Part shown: positions 20,801 to 28,660 of the stretch, piece after piece | Numbering within the stretch: the first letter of the stretch is position 1 | Layout of the letters: every line of letters begins with the position of its first letter | NCBI GenBank assembly: GCA_041941765.1 | Contig: CP145869.1 | Location: forward strand, 30,001 to 62,000 | Source of the DNA: Candidatus Saccharimonadota bacterium | GTDB taxonomy: Bacteria > Pseudomonadota > Gammaproteobacteria > Enterobacterales > Enterobacteriaceae | Length of the DNA: 32,000 bases | Direction: 5' to 3' | The notes under the pieces: generated by a model | What the model saw: the letters and a program-made list of their open reading frames with translations, nothing else | Told to the model about the DNA's origin: nothing | The model's database searches: none | Position numbers and translations under genes: made by a program

Positions 20801-21170
20801 ATGGAGAAAAAAAATAATTAATTTCTCGAGAAGCAGAATTCAGCGAATCTGAACCATGAATAGCATTAGCTGTAATACTATCTGCATAATCAGCACGTAA
20901 TATCTCAATTAACTCACGAAAATATTGCACTGCATTTTCTCTTTTTAAGACTGATATCATTATTGGACCTGAACTCATAAAAGTAATTAAGGATTCAAAA
21001 AATGGTTTATTACCATGTTCCGCATAAAATTCTTGAGTTTGTTTGGTAGTTAATTTTTGCATTTTAGCAGCAATAATTTTAAATCTAGCCTGTTCAATTC
21101 TAAAAAAAATAGTTCCAATAAGATTTTTTAATACCGCATTTGGTTTTATAATAGCACAAGTTCGTTCCAT
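20781..21170 (-). CDS. ndk: Nucleoside diphosphate kinase (carries a 10-residue internal deletion, see findings)
   Basis: The ORF track starts at 21200. The ATG at 21170 gives [13 protein letters not shown] (E. coli MAIERTFSIIKPNAV) with AAGGA about 11 nt upstream. YAEH..KPFF, SGP and the catalytic NAIHGSD are present. The 3' end overlaps the rlmN start by 20 nt. Confidence 0.9.
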   Translation of the reverse strand: MERTCAIIKPNAVLKNLIGTIFFRIEQARFKIIAAKMQKLTTKQTQEFYAEHGNKPFFESLITFMSSGPIMISVLKRENAVQYFRELIEILRADYADSITANAIHGSDSLNSASREINYFFSPYEIFDY

Positions 21171-21215
21171 ATAAATATCATCCTTTAGTATAGAAATCAT
21201 TGAGATTTTTTTATA

Positions 21216-21554
21216 TTACTTATCACTGCTTATATTAGTAGTATAACGAGGAATTTCGACTATTAAATCTTCATTTTTTACAACATATGCTTGACAACTT
21301 AAACGACTATAAGGTTCTAATCCCCATGCTTGATCTAACATATCCTCTTCTTTGTCACTTATTTTTGATAACGAATGAAAACCGCTACGAACTATGCAAT
21401 GACATGTAGCACATGCACAAGATTTTTCACAAAAATGTTCTATTTTAATACCATTACGTAGTGCTACATTTAAGATTGTCTCTCCGACTGAAGCCTCAAC
21501 AACTTTTCCATTTGGAAGTAAAATTTCATGAGGCAAAAAATAAATTTTTGGCAT
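21216..21554 (-). CDS. fdx: [2Fe-2S] ferredoxin of the ISC system
   Basis: 112 aa. [55 protein letters not shown] is nearly colinear with E. coli Fdx, and the Cys ligands are present. Confidence 0.96.
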   Translation of the reverse strand: MPKIYFLPHEILLPNGKVVEASVGETILNVALRNGIKIEHFCEKSCACATCHCIVRSGFHSLSKISDKEEDMLDQAWGLEPYSRLSCQAYVVKNEDLIVEIPRYTTNISSDK

Positions 21555-21570
21555 TAATTATAAAAACCTA

Positions 21571-23145
21571 TTATATATCATGATCTTTTTGAAGAAAATG
21601 AATTAGATGATTTTCACTTAATCCCAAACTAGGATTAATTTGAATAGATGCAGTAGTTTTAGCATTTTTTTCTCTAGCAGTAACATTTAATAATCCATTT
21701 TCATCTACTTGAAAAATAACTTGAATACGTGCTTGACCTGCAGGTAATGGAGTTATACCCCGTAAATTAAAACGACCTAGTGATCTACAATGTATCACTT
21801 GTTCTCGTTCTCCTTGTACTATATGGATCATAATAGTAGTTTGATTATCTTTAAAGGTTGTAAATTCCTGTACTTTAGTAGTAGGAAGAGTTGTATTACG
21901 TGGAATAATTTTTTCGACTAATCCTCCTAAAGTTTCTATACCTAGAGACAATGGTATAACATCTAATAATAAAATCTCTTGATATTGCTTATTACCTATT
22001 AGTTTATCTGCATGAATTGCAGCTCCTATCACTACTACTTTTTCAGGATCAATAGTTGTTAATGCTTTTTTGATACCAAAAAATTTTTCTACGGTTTGAC
22101 GTACTAATGGCACTCTTGTGGATCCTCCTACCATTATAACTTGTGATATTTTTTCTAATTCAACCTTGGCATCTTTCAAAGTACGACGGCACATTAGTAT
22201 AGTACGTTCTATTTGACTTTGTATAAGTTCTTCAAATTCTTCACGTTTTATAATAATATTAGTTTTATATTCATCTATATGAATAATACTACTAGTTTTA
22301 TGACTAAGATTAATTTTAGCTCTAATCGCAGCACTTAATATTTTTCGTTGCAAAATAGGATTAAGATCTTTTTCTGCTAATCCTATTTTAGAACGAATCC
22401 AATTTCCTAAAAGCTGGTCAAAATCATCCCCTCCCAGATTAGATATACCTCCAGTAGCCAAAACTTCAAATATGCTTTGGTTTAAACGAAGAATAGAAAT
22501 ATCAAAAGTACCCCCACCTAAATCATAAACTGCAATTATTCCTTCTTGTCCTGAATCGAGACCATAAGCAATAGCTGCAGCTGTAGGTTCATGAAGTAAT
22601 CTTAAAATTTTTAATCCCGATAATAATGCTGCTTTTTGAATATCTCGACGTTGAGCCTCAGTAAAATATGCAGGTATAGTAATAACAACTCCTAATAATT
22701 CATTATTAAACTTTTTATGAACACGTTTCACCAGGGTACTCAAAATCTCACTACAAACTTGAACTGGACTAATTATACCTGCTGATGTATTTATTACTAC
22801 TGATCCTTGTTTAGTTAATTTAAAATCATAAGGTAATTTAGGGTATTGACTTTTTATTTCTTCTAATGAAAAACCTAATATACGTTTAACTGAAATTATA
22901 GTATTAATAGGATCATGTAATGCATGTTTACGTGCTTCCCAACCTACACTTGTTTTGACTTTATTATAATGTACTATAGAAGGTAATAAATGATGATTGT
23001 TTTCATCTAAAAAAATTTCTACCTTACCATTATATAATACGCTTGCTACTAAAGAATATGTAGTTCCTAAATCAATTCCAATAGCAAATTTATGTAGATT
23101 TTTTTGATCTTTTCTTAGAGAATCAGTAATTTGTAATAATTCCAT
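21571..23145 (-). CDS. hscA: Fe-S cluster assembly Hsp70-type chaperone HscA, C-terminally short
   Basis: 524 aa. MELLQI..., GIDLGTT.SLVA, VITIPAYF, LRLLHEPTAAAIAYGLD, DLGGGTFDISIL, VGGSTRVP and VIPLSLGIET are colinear with E. coli HscA up to about residue 520 of 616. Confidence 0.95.
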   Translation of the reverse strand: MELLQITDSLRKDQKNLHKFAIGIDLGTTYSLVASVLYNGKVEIFLDENNHHLLPSIVHYNKVKTSVGWEARKHALHDPINTIISVKRILGFSLEEIKSQYPKLPYDFKLTKQGSVVINTSAGIISPVQVCSEILSTLVKRVHKKFNNELLGVVITIPAYFTEAQRRDIQKAALLSGLKILRLLHEPTAAAIAYGLDSGQEGIIAVYDLGGGTFDISILRLNQSIFEVLATGGISNLGGDDFDQLLGNWIRSKIGLAEKDLNPILQRKILSAAIRAKINLSHKTSSIIHIDEYKTNIIIKREEFEELIQSQIERTILMCRRTLKDAKVELEKISQVIMVGGSTRVPLVRQTVEKFFGIKKALTTIDPEKVVVIGAAIHADKLIGNKQYQEILLLDVIPLSLGIETLGGLVEKIIPRNTTLPTTKVQEFTTFKDNQTTIMIHIVQGEREQVIHCRSLGRFNLRGITPLPAGQARIQVIFQVDENGLLNVTAREKNAKTTASIQINPSLGLSENHLIHFLQKDHDI

Positions 23146-23171
23146 GTATTGTATATTCCAATGATCATTTT

Positions 23172-23720
23172 TTAAAAATCAAACAAACGATTTTCTAAAT
23201 TATCCAGATGATGACGAAGTTTAGTTAAAAATTGAAGTTTTTGTACAGTTTTAATCGCTTGTTCCCATTTTTTAAAATTCATTTGGTGTTCTATTTGTAC
23301 AATAAATTTACTTATTAACTTATCAATTTTAGTAATAAAATTATTTAAAATGATTTCATTTAGTTGTTGTTCAATTTGTTCACATTCTTCACGTAACTCT
23401 AATTGTTCTGTTAAAAAGCTAACATCTTTATTAAGTGAATAAGCTTCATTATCAATATCAAAACCATAAAGAGAAAGTATATACACTGCTCGTGATAAAG
23501 GTTCACGTAATATTTGCCAAGCTTGATTTATCAATGCACATTGCTCTACAAACCATTTTTTGTCTTTTACAGATTTATTAATACATTGATCAGGATGAAA
23601 TTGTTGTTGTAACTCATAAAAACGTATAGCAAGTAATTTTTGATCAATATTAAATTGCAATGGCAATCTAAAAAGATCAAAATAATTACTATTAATTTTA
23701 GTTAGATTATTTGTCAACAT
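23172..23720 (-). CDS. hscB: Fe-S cluster co-chaperone HscB (J-domain protein)
   Basis: 182 aa. It has a J-domain with the HPD tripeptide (QQFHPDQ), INQAWQILREPLSRAVYILSL, and a C-terminal LRHHLDNLENRLFDF like the E. coli HscB end LLDF. Confidence 0.93.
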   Translation of the reverse strand: MLTNNLTKINSNYFDLFRLPLQFNIDQKLLAIRFYELQQQFHPDQCINKSVKDKKWFVEQCALINQAWQILREPLSRAVYILSLYGFDIDNEAYSLNKDVSFLTEQLELREECEQIEQQLNEIILNNFITKIDKLISKFIVQIEHQMNFKKWEQAIKTVQKLQFLTKLRHHLDNLENRLFDF

Positions 23721-23743
23721 AAATCTTCGAGTCCAACAATCAA

Positions 23744-24073
23744 TTAAATTCTAAAACTTTTACCACAACCACATTTATCTTTTGCATTTGGATTATTGAA
23801 TTTAAAACCTTCGTTTAAACCTTCTCTTGTAAAATCTAATTCTGTACCATTTAAATATAAAAAATCTTTTTTATTTATAATAATCTTAATATCTGGTTCG
23901 TCTACTACTAGAATATCATTGGCTTTTAATTCATCATCCACAAACTCCATAACATAAGCCAAACCAGTGCAACCAGAAGTACGAACTCCTAAACGTATAC
24001 CAAATCCTTTTCCTCTTTTAGTTAATAAGTAACGAATTTGTCTAACAGCACTTGTAGTTAAAGTAATGGACAT
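23744..24073 (-). CDS. iscA: Iron-sulfur cluster A-type carrier IscA
   Basis: 109 aa. MSITLT..., SGCTGLAY and the C-terminal CGCGKSF are present. Confidence 0.95.
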   Translation of the reverse strand: MSITLTTSAVRQIRYLLTKRGKGFGIRLGVRTSGCTGLAYVMEFVDDELKANDILVVDEPDIKIIINKKDFLYLNGTELDFTREGLNEGFKFNNPNAKDKCGCGKSFRI

Positions 24074-24090
24074 TATTTAACCTCAATATT

Positions 24091-24495
24091 TTATTTAGTA
24101 GATTCTTTATTAAGTTCACTTTTTTTGCTCTTATAATCTGCAATTGCTGCTTTAATTGCATCTTCAGCTAAAATAGAGCAATGAATTTTAACGGGAGGTA
24201 ACTCTAACTCTTGCGCAATATGAATATTTTTTATAGATTCCGCTTCATCTAAGGATTTTCCTTTGATCCATTCAGTAACCAATGAACTAGAAGCTATAGC
24301 AGAACCACATCCATAAGTTTTAAATCGTGCATCTTTAATAATACCATTATTATCTACTTTAATTTGTAATTTCATTACATCACCACAAGCTGGTGCACCA
24401 ACCATACCACTTCCAACCGAAGCATCTGTATTATCAAATGATCCAACATTACGAGGATTTTCATAATGATCAATAACTTTTTTACTATAAGTCAT
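24091..24495 (-). CDS. iscU: Fe-S cluster assembly scaffold IscU
   Basis: 134 aa. VIDHYENPRNVGSF, GAPACGDVMKLQI, FKTYGCGSAIASSS and the LPPVKIHCS HscA-recognition motif are present. Confidence 0.97.
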   Translation of the reverse strand: MTYSKKVIDHYENPRNVGSFDNTDASVGSGMVGAPACGDVMKLQIKVDNNGIIKDARFKTYGCGSAIASSSLVTEWIKGKSLDEAESIKNIHIAQELELPPVKIHCSILAEDAIKAAIADYKSKKSELNKESTK

Positions 24496-24547
24496 ATATC
24501 CACCTTTTTTATATCAATTTATTTATTATATATAATAGAATTTTAAA

Positions 24548-25762
24548 TTAATTACATATCCAATTAATACTATTAATATCTATTCCATTTTTATACATTT
24601 CCCATAAAGGAGATAGTTCACGTAAACGATCAATCGATTTACATACTAAAGCAATAGTATAATCGATTTCCTCTTTTGTAGTAAAACGTCCTAGAGAAAA
24701 ACGAATAGAACTATGTGCTAACTCATCATGTATTCCTAAAGCTCTAAGTACATAAGAAGGTTCTAAACTAGCTGAAGTACAAGCAGAACCTGAAGAAACA
24801 GCTAAATCTTTTAAGGCCATAATTAATGATTCCCCTTCTACATAATTAAAGCTTACATTTAATATATTAGGTATACTATGTTCAATAGTACTATTTAAAT
24901 AAACTTCTTCAAGATCTTTAATGCCATTCCATAGCATATTACGTAATTGATTTAAACGTTCCATTTCACTACTCATAGTTTTTTTTGCAATACGACATGC
25001 TTCACCCATACCCACAATTTGATGTACTGGTAAAGTTCCAGATCTTAATCCACGTTCATGACCACCACCATGTATTTGAGCTTCTAAGCGAACACGAGGT
25101 TTACGACGTACATATAAAGCTCCAATTCCTTTAGGACCATAAATTTTATGTGCAGAAAAAGATAATAAATCTATTTTTAGAGTCGCTAAATTAATAGGTA
25201 ATTTACCCACACTTTGAGTTGCATCAACATGATAAAAAATATTATTTTGACGACAAATTTCACCAATTTTACTAATATCTTGAATAATACCTATTTCATT
25301 ATTAACATGCATAATTGATACTAAAATGGTATCTGGTCGTATTTCTTCTTGTAATGTTTTTAAATCAATGATTCCATTCTTTAATGGTGATAAATAAGTA
25401 ACAATAAAACCTTCACGTTCTAATTGACGGCAGGTATCTAATACGGCTTTATGTTCTATTTTACTTGTAATAATATGTTTACCTTTTTTTTTATAAAAAT
25501 GAGCTATACCTTTAATAGCAAGATTATTTGATTCAGTTGCTCCTGAAGTAAAAATTATTTCACGAGGATCTGATCCAATTAAATCTGCAATTTGATTACG
25601 GGCTATATCTATGGCTTCTTCAGCTTGCCATCCAAATCGATGTGAACGAGAAGCAGGATTTCCAAAAATCCCTTCTGGAGTCATATAAAGTATCATTTTT
25701 TTCATCACATACGGATCTATTGGTGTGGTTGCTGAATAATCCAAATAAATTGGTAATTTCAT
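24548..25762 (-). CDS. iscS: Cysteine desulfurase IscS (PLP-dependent)
   Basis: 404 aa. [14 protein letters not shown] is identical to the E. coli start. The PLP lysine region [12 protein letters not shown] and the active-site loop SSGSACTS are present. Confidence 0.97.
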   Translation of the reverse strand: MKLPIYLDYSATTPIDPYVMKKMILYMTPEGIFGNPASRSHRFGWQAEEAIDIARNQIADLIGSDPREIIFTSGATESNNLAIKGIAHFYKKKGKHIITSKIEHKAVLDTCRQLEREGFIVTYLSPLKNGIIDLKTLQEEIRPDTILVSIMHVNNEIGIIQDISKIGEICRQNNIFYHVDATQSVGKLPINLATLKIDLLSFSAHKIYGPKGIGALYVRRKPRVRLEAQIHGGGHERGLRSGTLPVHQIVGMGEACRIAKKTMSSEMERLNQLRNMLWNGIKDLEEVYLNSTIEHSIPNILNVSFNYVEGESLIMALKDLAVSSGSACTSASLEPSYVLRALGIHDELAHSSIRFSLGRFTTKEEIDYTIALVCKSIDRLRELSPLWEMYKNGIDINSINWICN

Positions 25763-25808
25763 TAAAAAACTCCGTTATCAATAAAAAAATAAGGATTTTT
25801 TATTAATT

Positions 25809-26264
25809 TCATTCATTAACTGATGTTAATTGTGATTGAGGACTATTATTATGAATTTTTTTATGAACATTATTAACTAATTCCGCTAAAGTGATATTTT
25901 TTATAAAATCATTAATACGATTAGTAATATCAGTCCATAAATAATGAGTTAAACAAAGATATCCATTAGAACAACTTTTTGTGCCTCGACATTTAGTTGC
26001 ATCTATTGATTCGTTAACAGCATTCATTATTGAACTCAGAGTAATTTTATTTACTTCTTGACCTAACAGATAACCTCCACCAGGACCACGAATACTAAAT
26101 ACTATGTTTTTTTTACACAAAAGAGCAAATAATTGTTCTAAATAATAAATTGATATTCCTTGACGCTCAGAAATTTTTGCTAAAGATACTGGATTTCCAT
26201 GTGAATGAATGGCAACATCCAGAAGAGCTGTTACTGCATAACGACCTTTAGATGTTAGTCTCAT
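25809..26264 (-). CDS. iscR: Rrf2-family [2Fe-2S] transcriptional regulator IscR
   Basis: 151 aa. It has the [14 protein letters not shown]-terminal winged-helix domain, and the cluster ligand spacing C-x5-C-x5-C-x2-H is retained ([16 protein letters not shown]). It is the first gene of the isc cluster. Confidence 0.94.
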   Translation of the reverse strand: MRLTSKGRYAVTALLDVAIHSHGNPVSLAKISERQGISIYYLEQLFALLCKKNIVFSIRGPGGGYLLGQEVNKITLSSIMNAVNESIDATKCRGTKSCSNGYLCLTHYLWTDITNRINDFIKNITLAELVNNVHKKIHNNSPQSQLTSVNE

Positions 26265-26315
26265 TTATTTTTAACTACCTAAAAAAAATAGATTATACTT
26301 ATTATATATTTTATA

Positions 26316-26340
26316 TGATTAAACTAAATCAGTTAATGAT
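26316..26340 (-). promoter_or_regulatory. Weaker second IscR type-1-like site
   Basis: TGATTAAACTAAATCAGTTAATGAT has a central ACTAAATCAGT that matches the core ACTRWWWYAGT at 11 of 11 positions. The flanks are degenerate (about 16 of 25 overall). It lies between the stronger site and iscR. Two tandem sites are also the E. coli arrangement. Confidence 0.35.
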
Positions 26341-26362
26341 CTCTTGAATAAATAATTTTGTC

Positions 26363-26387
26363 ATAGTTGACTAAAATTGTCAACTAT
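26363..26387 (-). promoter_or_regulatory. IscR type-1 operator candidate, about 100 bp upstream of iscR
   Basis: ATAGTTGACTAAAATTGTCAACTAT matches the published E. coli type-1 consensus ATASYYGACTRWWWYAGTCRRSTAT at 24 of 25 positions. It has perfect 9-bp inverted arms, ATAGTTGAC and GTCAACTAT. On the iscR strand it contains TTGACA (26383-26378), with CAAAAT 17 bp downstream as a possible -10. Confidence 0.65.
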
Positions 26388-26726
26388 TAATTAAATAGAG
26401 AATTAATGTTTATAAAAAAAATATCATCTGTTATTAGTATAGTAGCTAGTATGATTAGATTATACGTAATGAATGATTGACTTCAGTTTGAGCACAATGA
26501 ACTAAATAGTTATTTTTTTTATTAATGAATCAAGTTAACCATATTTTTATATGGATAACCTATTGGTTGTTGCAATGGATTTTAATAAAAATCATTAAGT
26601 AAATAAAAACTATTTATTAATTTGCTATTCTCCCTCATTTCTAAATTTTTTGAAGATAGGTTTTTAGAACTTCAAAATAGTAACAGTTAAAATTAGGAAT
26701 TAGTAGCACTGAACTTGTTTAATTAT

Positions 26727-27989
26727 TTATTCATTTTTATTATATATCGGATATTCTTTACAAAGAGATAATACTTCTTGTTTAACTTTTTGGATTAGAT
26801 CTAAATTATTAATATTATTAATAATATCACAAATCCATCCTGCAATTTTTCGAACTTGTATTTCTTTTAAACCACGACGAGTAATTGCTGCAGATCCTAT
26901 ACGAATACCTGATGTAATGAATGCACTTTTTGGATCATCAGGAATATTATTTTTATTGACTATAATATTAGCTTTATTCAATATAGTATTCGCTTCTTTA
27001 CCAGTAATATTTTTATTACGTAAATCAAGTAAAAACATATGATTGAATGTACGACCTCCTACAACCTTATAATGTCTATTTAAAAATACTTCAACCATTG
27101 CTTGTGCATTTTTTACTACTTGATATTGATATTTTCGAAACTGTGGTTCCATTGCTTCCTTAAATGCAATTGCTTTACCGGCAATAATATGCATCAATGG
27201 ACCACCTTGTTGACCAGGGAATACAGCTGAATTAATTTTTTGGTATAAATCCTCACTACCTCCTTGTGCTAAGATTAATCCACCCCTAGGTCCACCAAGA
27301 GTTTTATGTGTAGTAGTAGTTACAATATGTGCATGTGGTAAGGGACTAGGATAAACTCCGGCAGCAACTAAACCCGCTACGTGAGACATATCTACTAAAA
27401 AAAATGCATTAACACTATCAGTAATTTGACGCATCTTAATCCAATCAGCTCTTCCTGACCAAGCTGAAAAACCTCCAATAATCATTTTAGGTTGATAAGA
27501 TTTTGCTAATTTTTCTAATTGAAGATAATCAATATCTCCAGCAGAATTGGTGCGGTAATGTATGACTTGATAATTTTTACCAGAAAAATTATATAAATAA
27601 CCATGAGTTAAATGACCGCCATGAGTTAGATTCATACTTAGAATCAGATCTCTAGGTTGTAGTAACGCATGATAAATTGCAAAATTAGCTTGAGAACCAG
27701 AATGTGGTTGTACATTCGCATAATCTGCATTAAATAAATGTTTAGCTCTATTAATGGCTAATTCCTCTATTTGATCTACATATTCACAACCACCATAATA
27801 TCTTTTACCTGGATAACCTTCAGCATATTTATTAGTTAATTCGGACCCTTGCGCTTGCATAACACTAAAACTAGCATAGTTTTCAGAAGCAATTAAGTTA
27901 ATACTATTTTCTTGTCTTAATTTTTCTTGTTGCAAGATTAACCATATTTCGGGATCATAATCAGCAAGTTTTATTTTATCTTTTATCAT
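26727..27989 (-). CDS. glyA: Serine hydroxymethyltransferase
   Basis: 420 aa. [27 protein letters not shown] and the PLP-lysine motif [14 protein letters not shown] are present. Confidence 0.97.
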   Translation of the reverse strand: MIKDKIKLADYDPEIWLILQQEKLRQENSINLIASENYASFSVMQAQGSELTNKYAEGYPGKRYYGGCEYVDQIEELAINRAKHLFNADYANVQPHSGSQANFAIYHALLQPRDLILSMNLTHGGHLTHGYLYNFSGKNYQVIHYRTNSAGDIDYLQLEKLAKSYQPKMIIGGFSAWSGRADWIKMRQITDSVNAFFLVDMSHVAGLVAAGVYPSPLPHAHIVTTTTHKTLGGPRGGLILAQGGSEDLYQKINSAVFPGQQGGPLMHIIAGKAIAFKEAMEPQFRKYQYQVVKNAQAMVEVFLNRHYKVVGGRTFNHMFLLDLRNKNITGKEANTILNKANIIVNKNNIPDDPKSAFITSGIRIGSAAITRRGLKEIQVRKIAGWICDIINNINNLDLIQKVKQEVLSLCKEYPIYNKNE

Positions 27990-28024
27990 TATTTATTAAA
28001 TTAAAGGACAAACTAGATTTATTA

Positions 28025-28471
28025 TTACTTACGTCGCGTTTTAAAAAAGGTTTTCAGTACATTAGCACAATCAATATTAAGAATATCTCCAGTAATTTGT
28101 ACTTGATGATTGAAAAACGATTGGTTGTTTAATAAAAAACTAGAACTTCCAAATATCTCATCACGAGCTCCAAAAACTAAATGTTTAATACGACTATGTA
28201 CAATAGCACCTATACACATTAAGCACGGTTCTAGTGTAACATAAAGTGTTGTATTAAGCAATCTATAATTTTTTAATGCTATTCCAGCTTTACGTAAAGC
28301 TAAAATTTCAGCATGACCAGTAGGATCATGACTCTTAATTGAAGAATTCCACCCTTCACTAATAATTTGATTTGAATGAACTAAAACAGCTCCTACTGGT
28401 ACTTCACCTTGTTGCCATGCATAATTGGCTAATTTTAGCGCATATCTCATCCAAGATTCATTATCTTTCAT
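28025..28471 (-). CDS. tadA: tRNA-specific adenosine-34 deaminase TadA
   Basis: 148 aa. It has the CDA zinc motifs HAE (TGHAEILALR) and PCLMCIGA, and WMRYALKLANYAWQQGEVPVGAVLV aligns with E. coli TadA. Confidence 0.94.
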   Translation of the reverse strand: MKDNESWMRYALKLANYAWQQGEVPVGAVLVHSNQIISEGWNSSIKSHDPTGHAEILALRKAGIALKNYRLLNTTLYVTLEPCLMCIGAIVHSRIKHLVFGARDEIFGSSSFLLNNQSFFNHQVQITGDILNIDCANVLKTFFKTRRK

Positions 28472-28563
28472 AAAAAATAATCTCTATTAATTCAATAATA
28501 TTTTTAATATATACTAAATCATATTTGATATTTGTATCTCTGATCTTGTATAGATCAATAACA

Positions 28564-28593
28564 TTGCCATTTGGAATTATAAAATGATATAAT
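28564..28593 (+). promoter_or_regulatory. Candidate sigma-70 promoter of gyrA with an extended -10
   Basis: TTGCCA (28564-28569), an 18-bp spacer, then TGATATAAT, which is TGn plus a perfect TATAAT at 28588-28593. It lies about 68 nt upstream of the gyrA ATG. TATAAT-like words are common in this AT-rich DNA, so this is only a candidate. Confidence 0.35.
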
Positions 28594-28660
28594 TATAAAG
28601 ATTTTTAACAATTGGCTTTTTTTTACGTTAGTTAAATAAATACAGAGGAATAATAGCTCT

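Noticed and set aside
26406-26602. Two small hydrophobic ORFs on the plus strand in the iscR-glyA spacer: 26406-26480 (24 aa) and 26525-26602 (25 aa)
   Set aside because: Neither has an RBS or recognisable homology. ORFs of this size are expected by chance, and their hydrophobicity follows from the T-rich codons.
26648-26677. Hairpin TTTTGAAG / CTTCAAAA, about 50-80 nt downstream of the glyA stop, considered as the glyA terminator
   Set aside because: The stem is mostly A-T pairs with only two G-C, the loop is 14 nt, and no U-tract follows on the glyA strand. It is not distinguishable from chance AT-rich pairing.
28541-28557. Palindrome TGATCT-TGTAT-AGATCA with two GATC sites between tadA and gyrA
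   Set aside because: The 6-bp arms are short and match no known regulator motif. It is likely chance.
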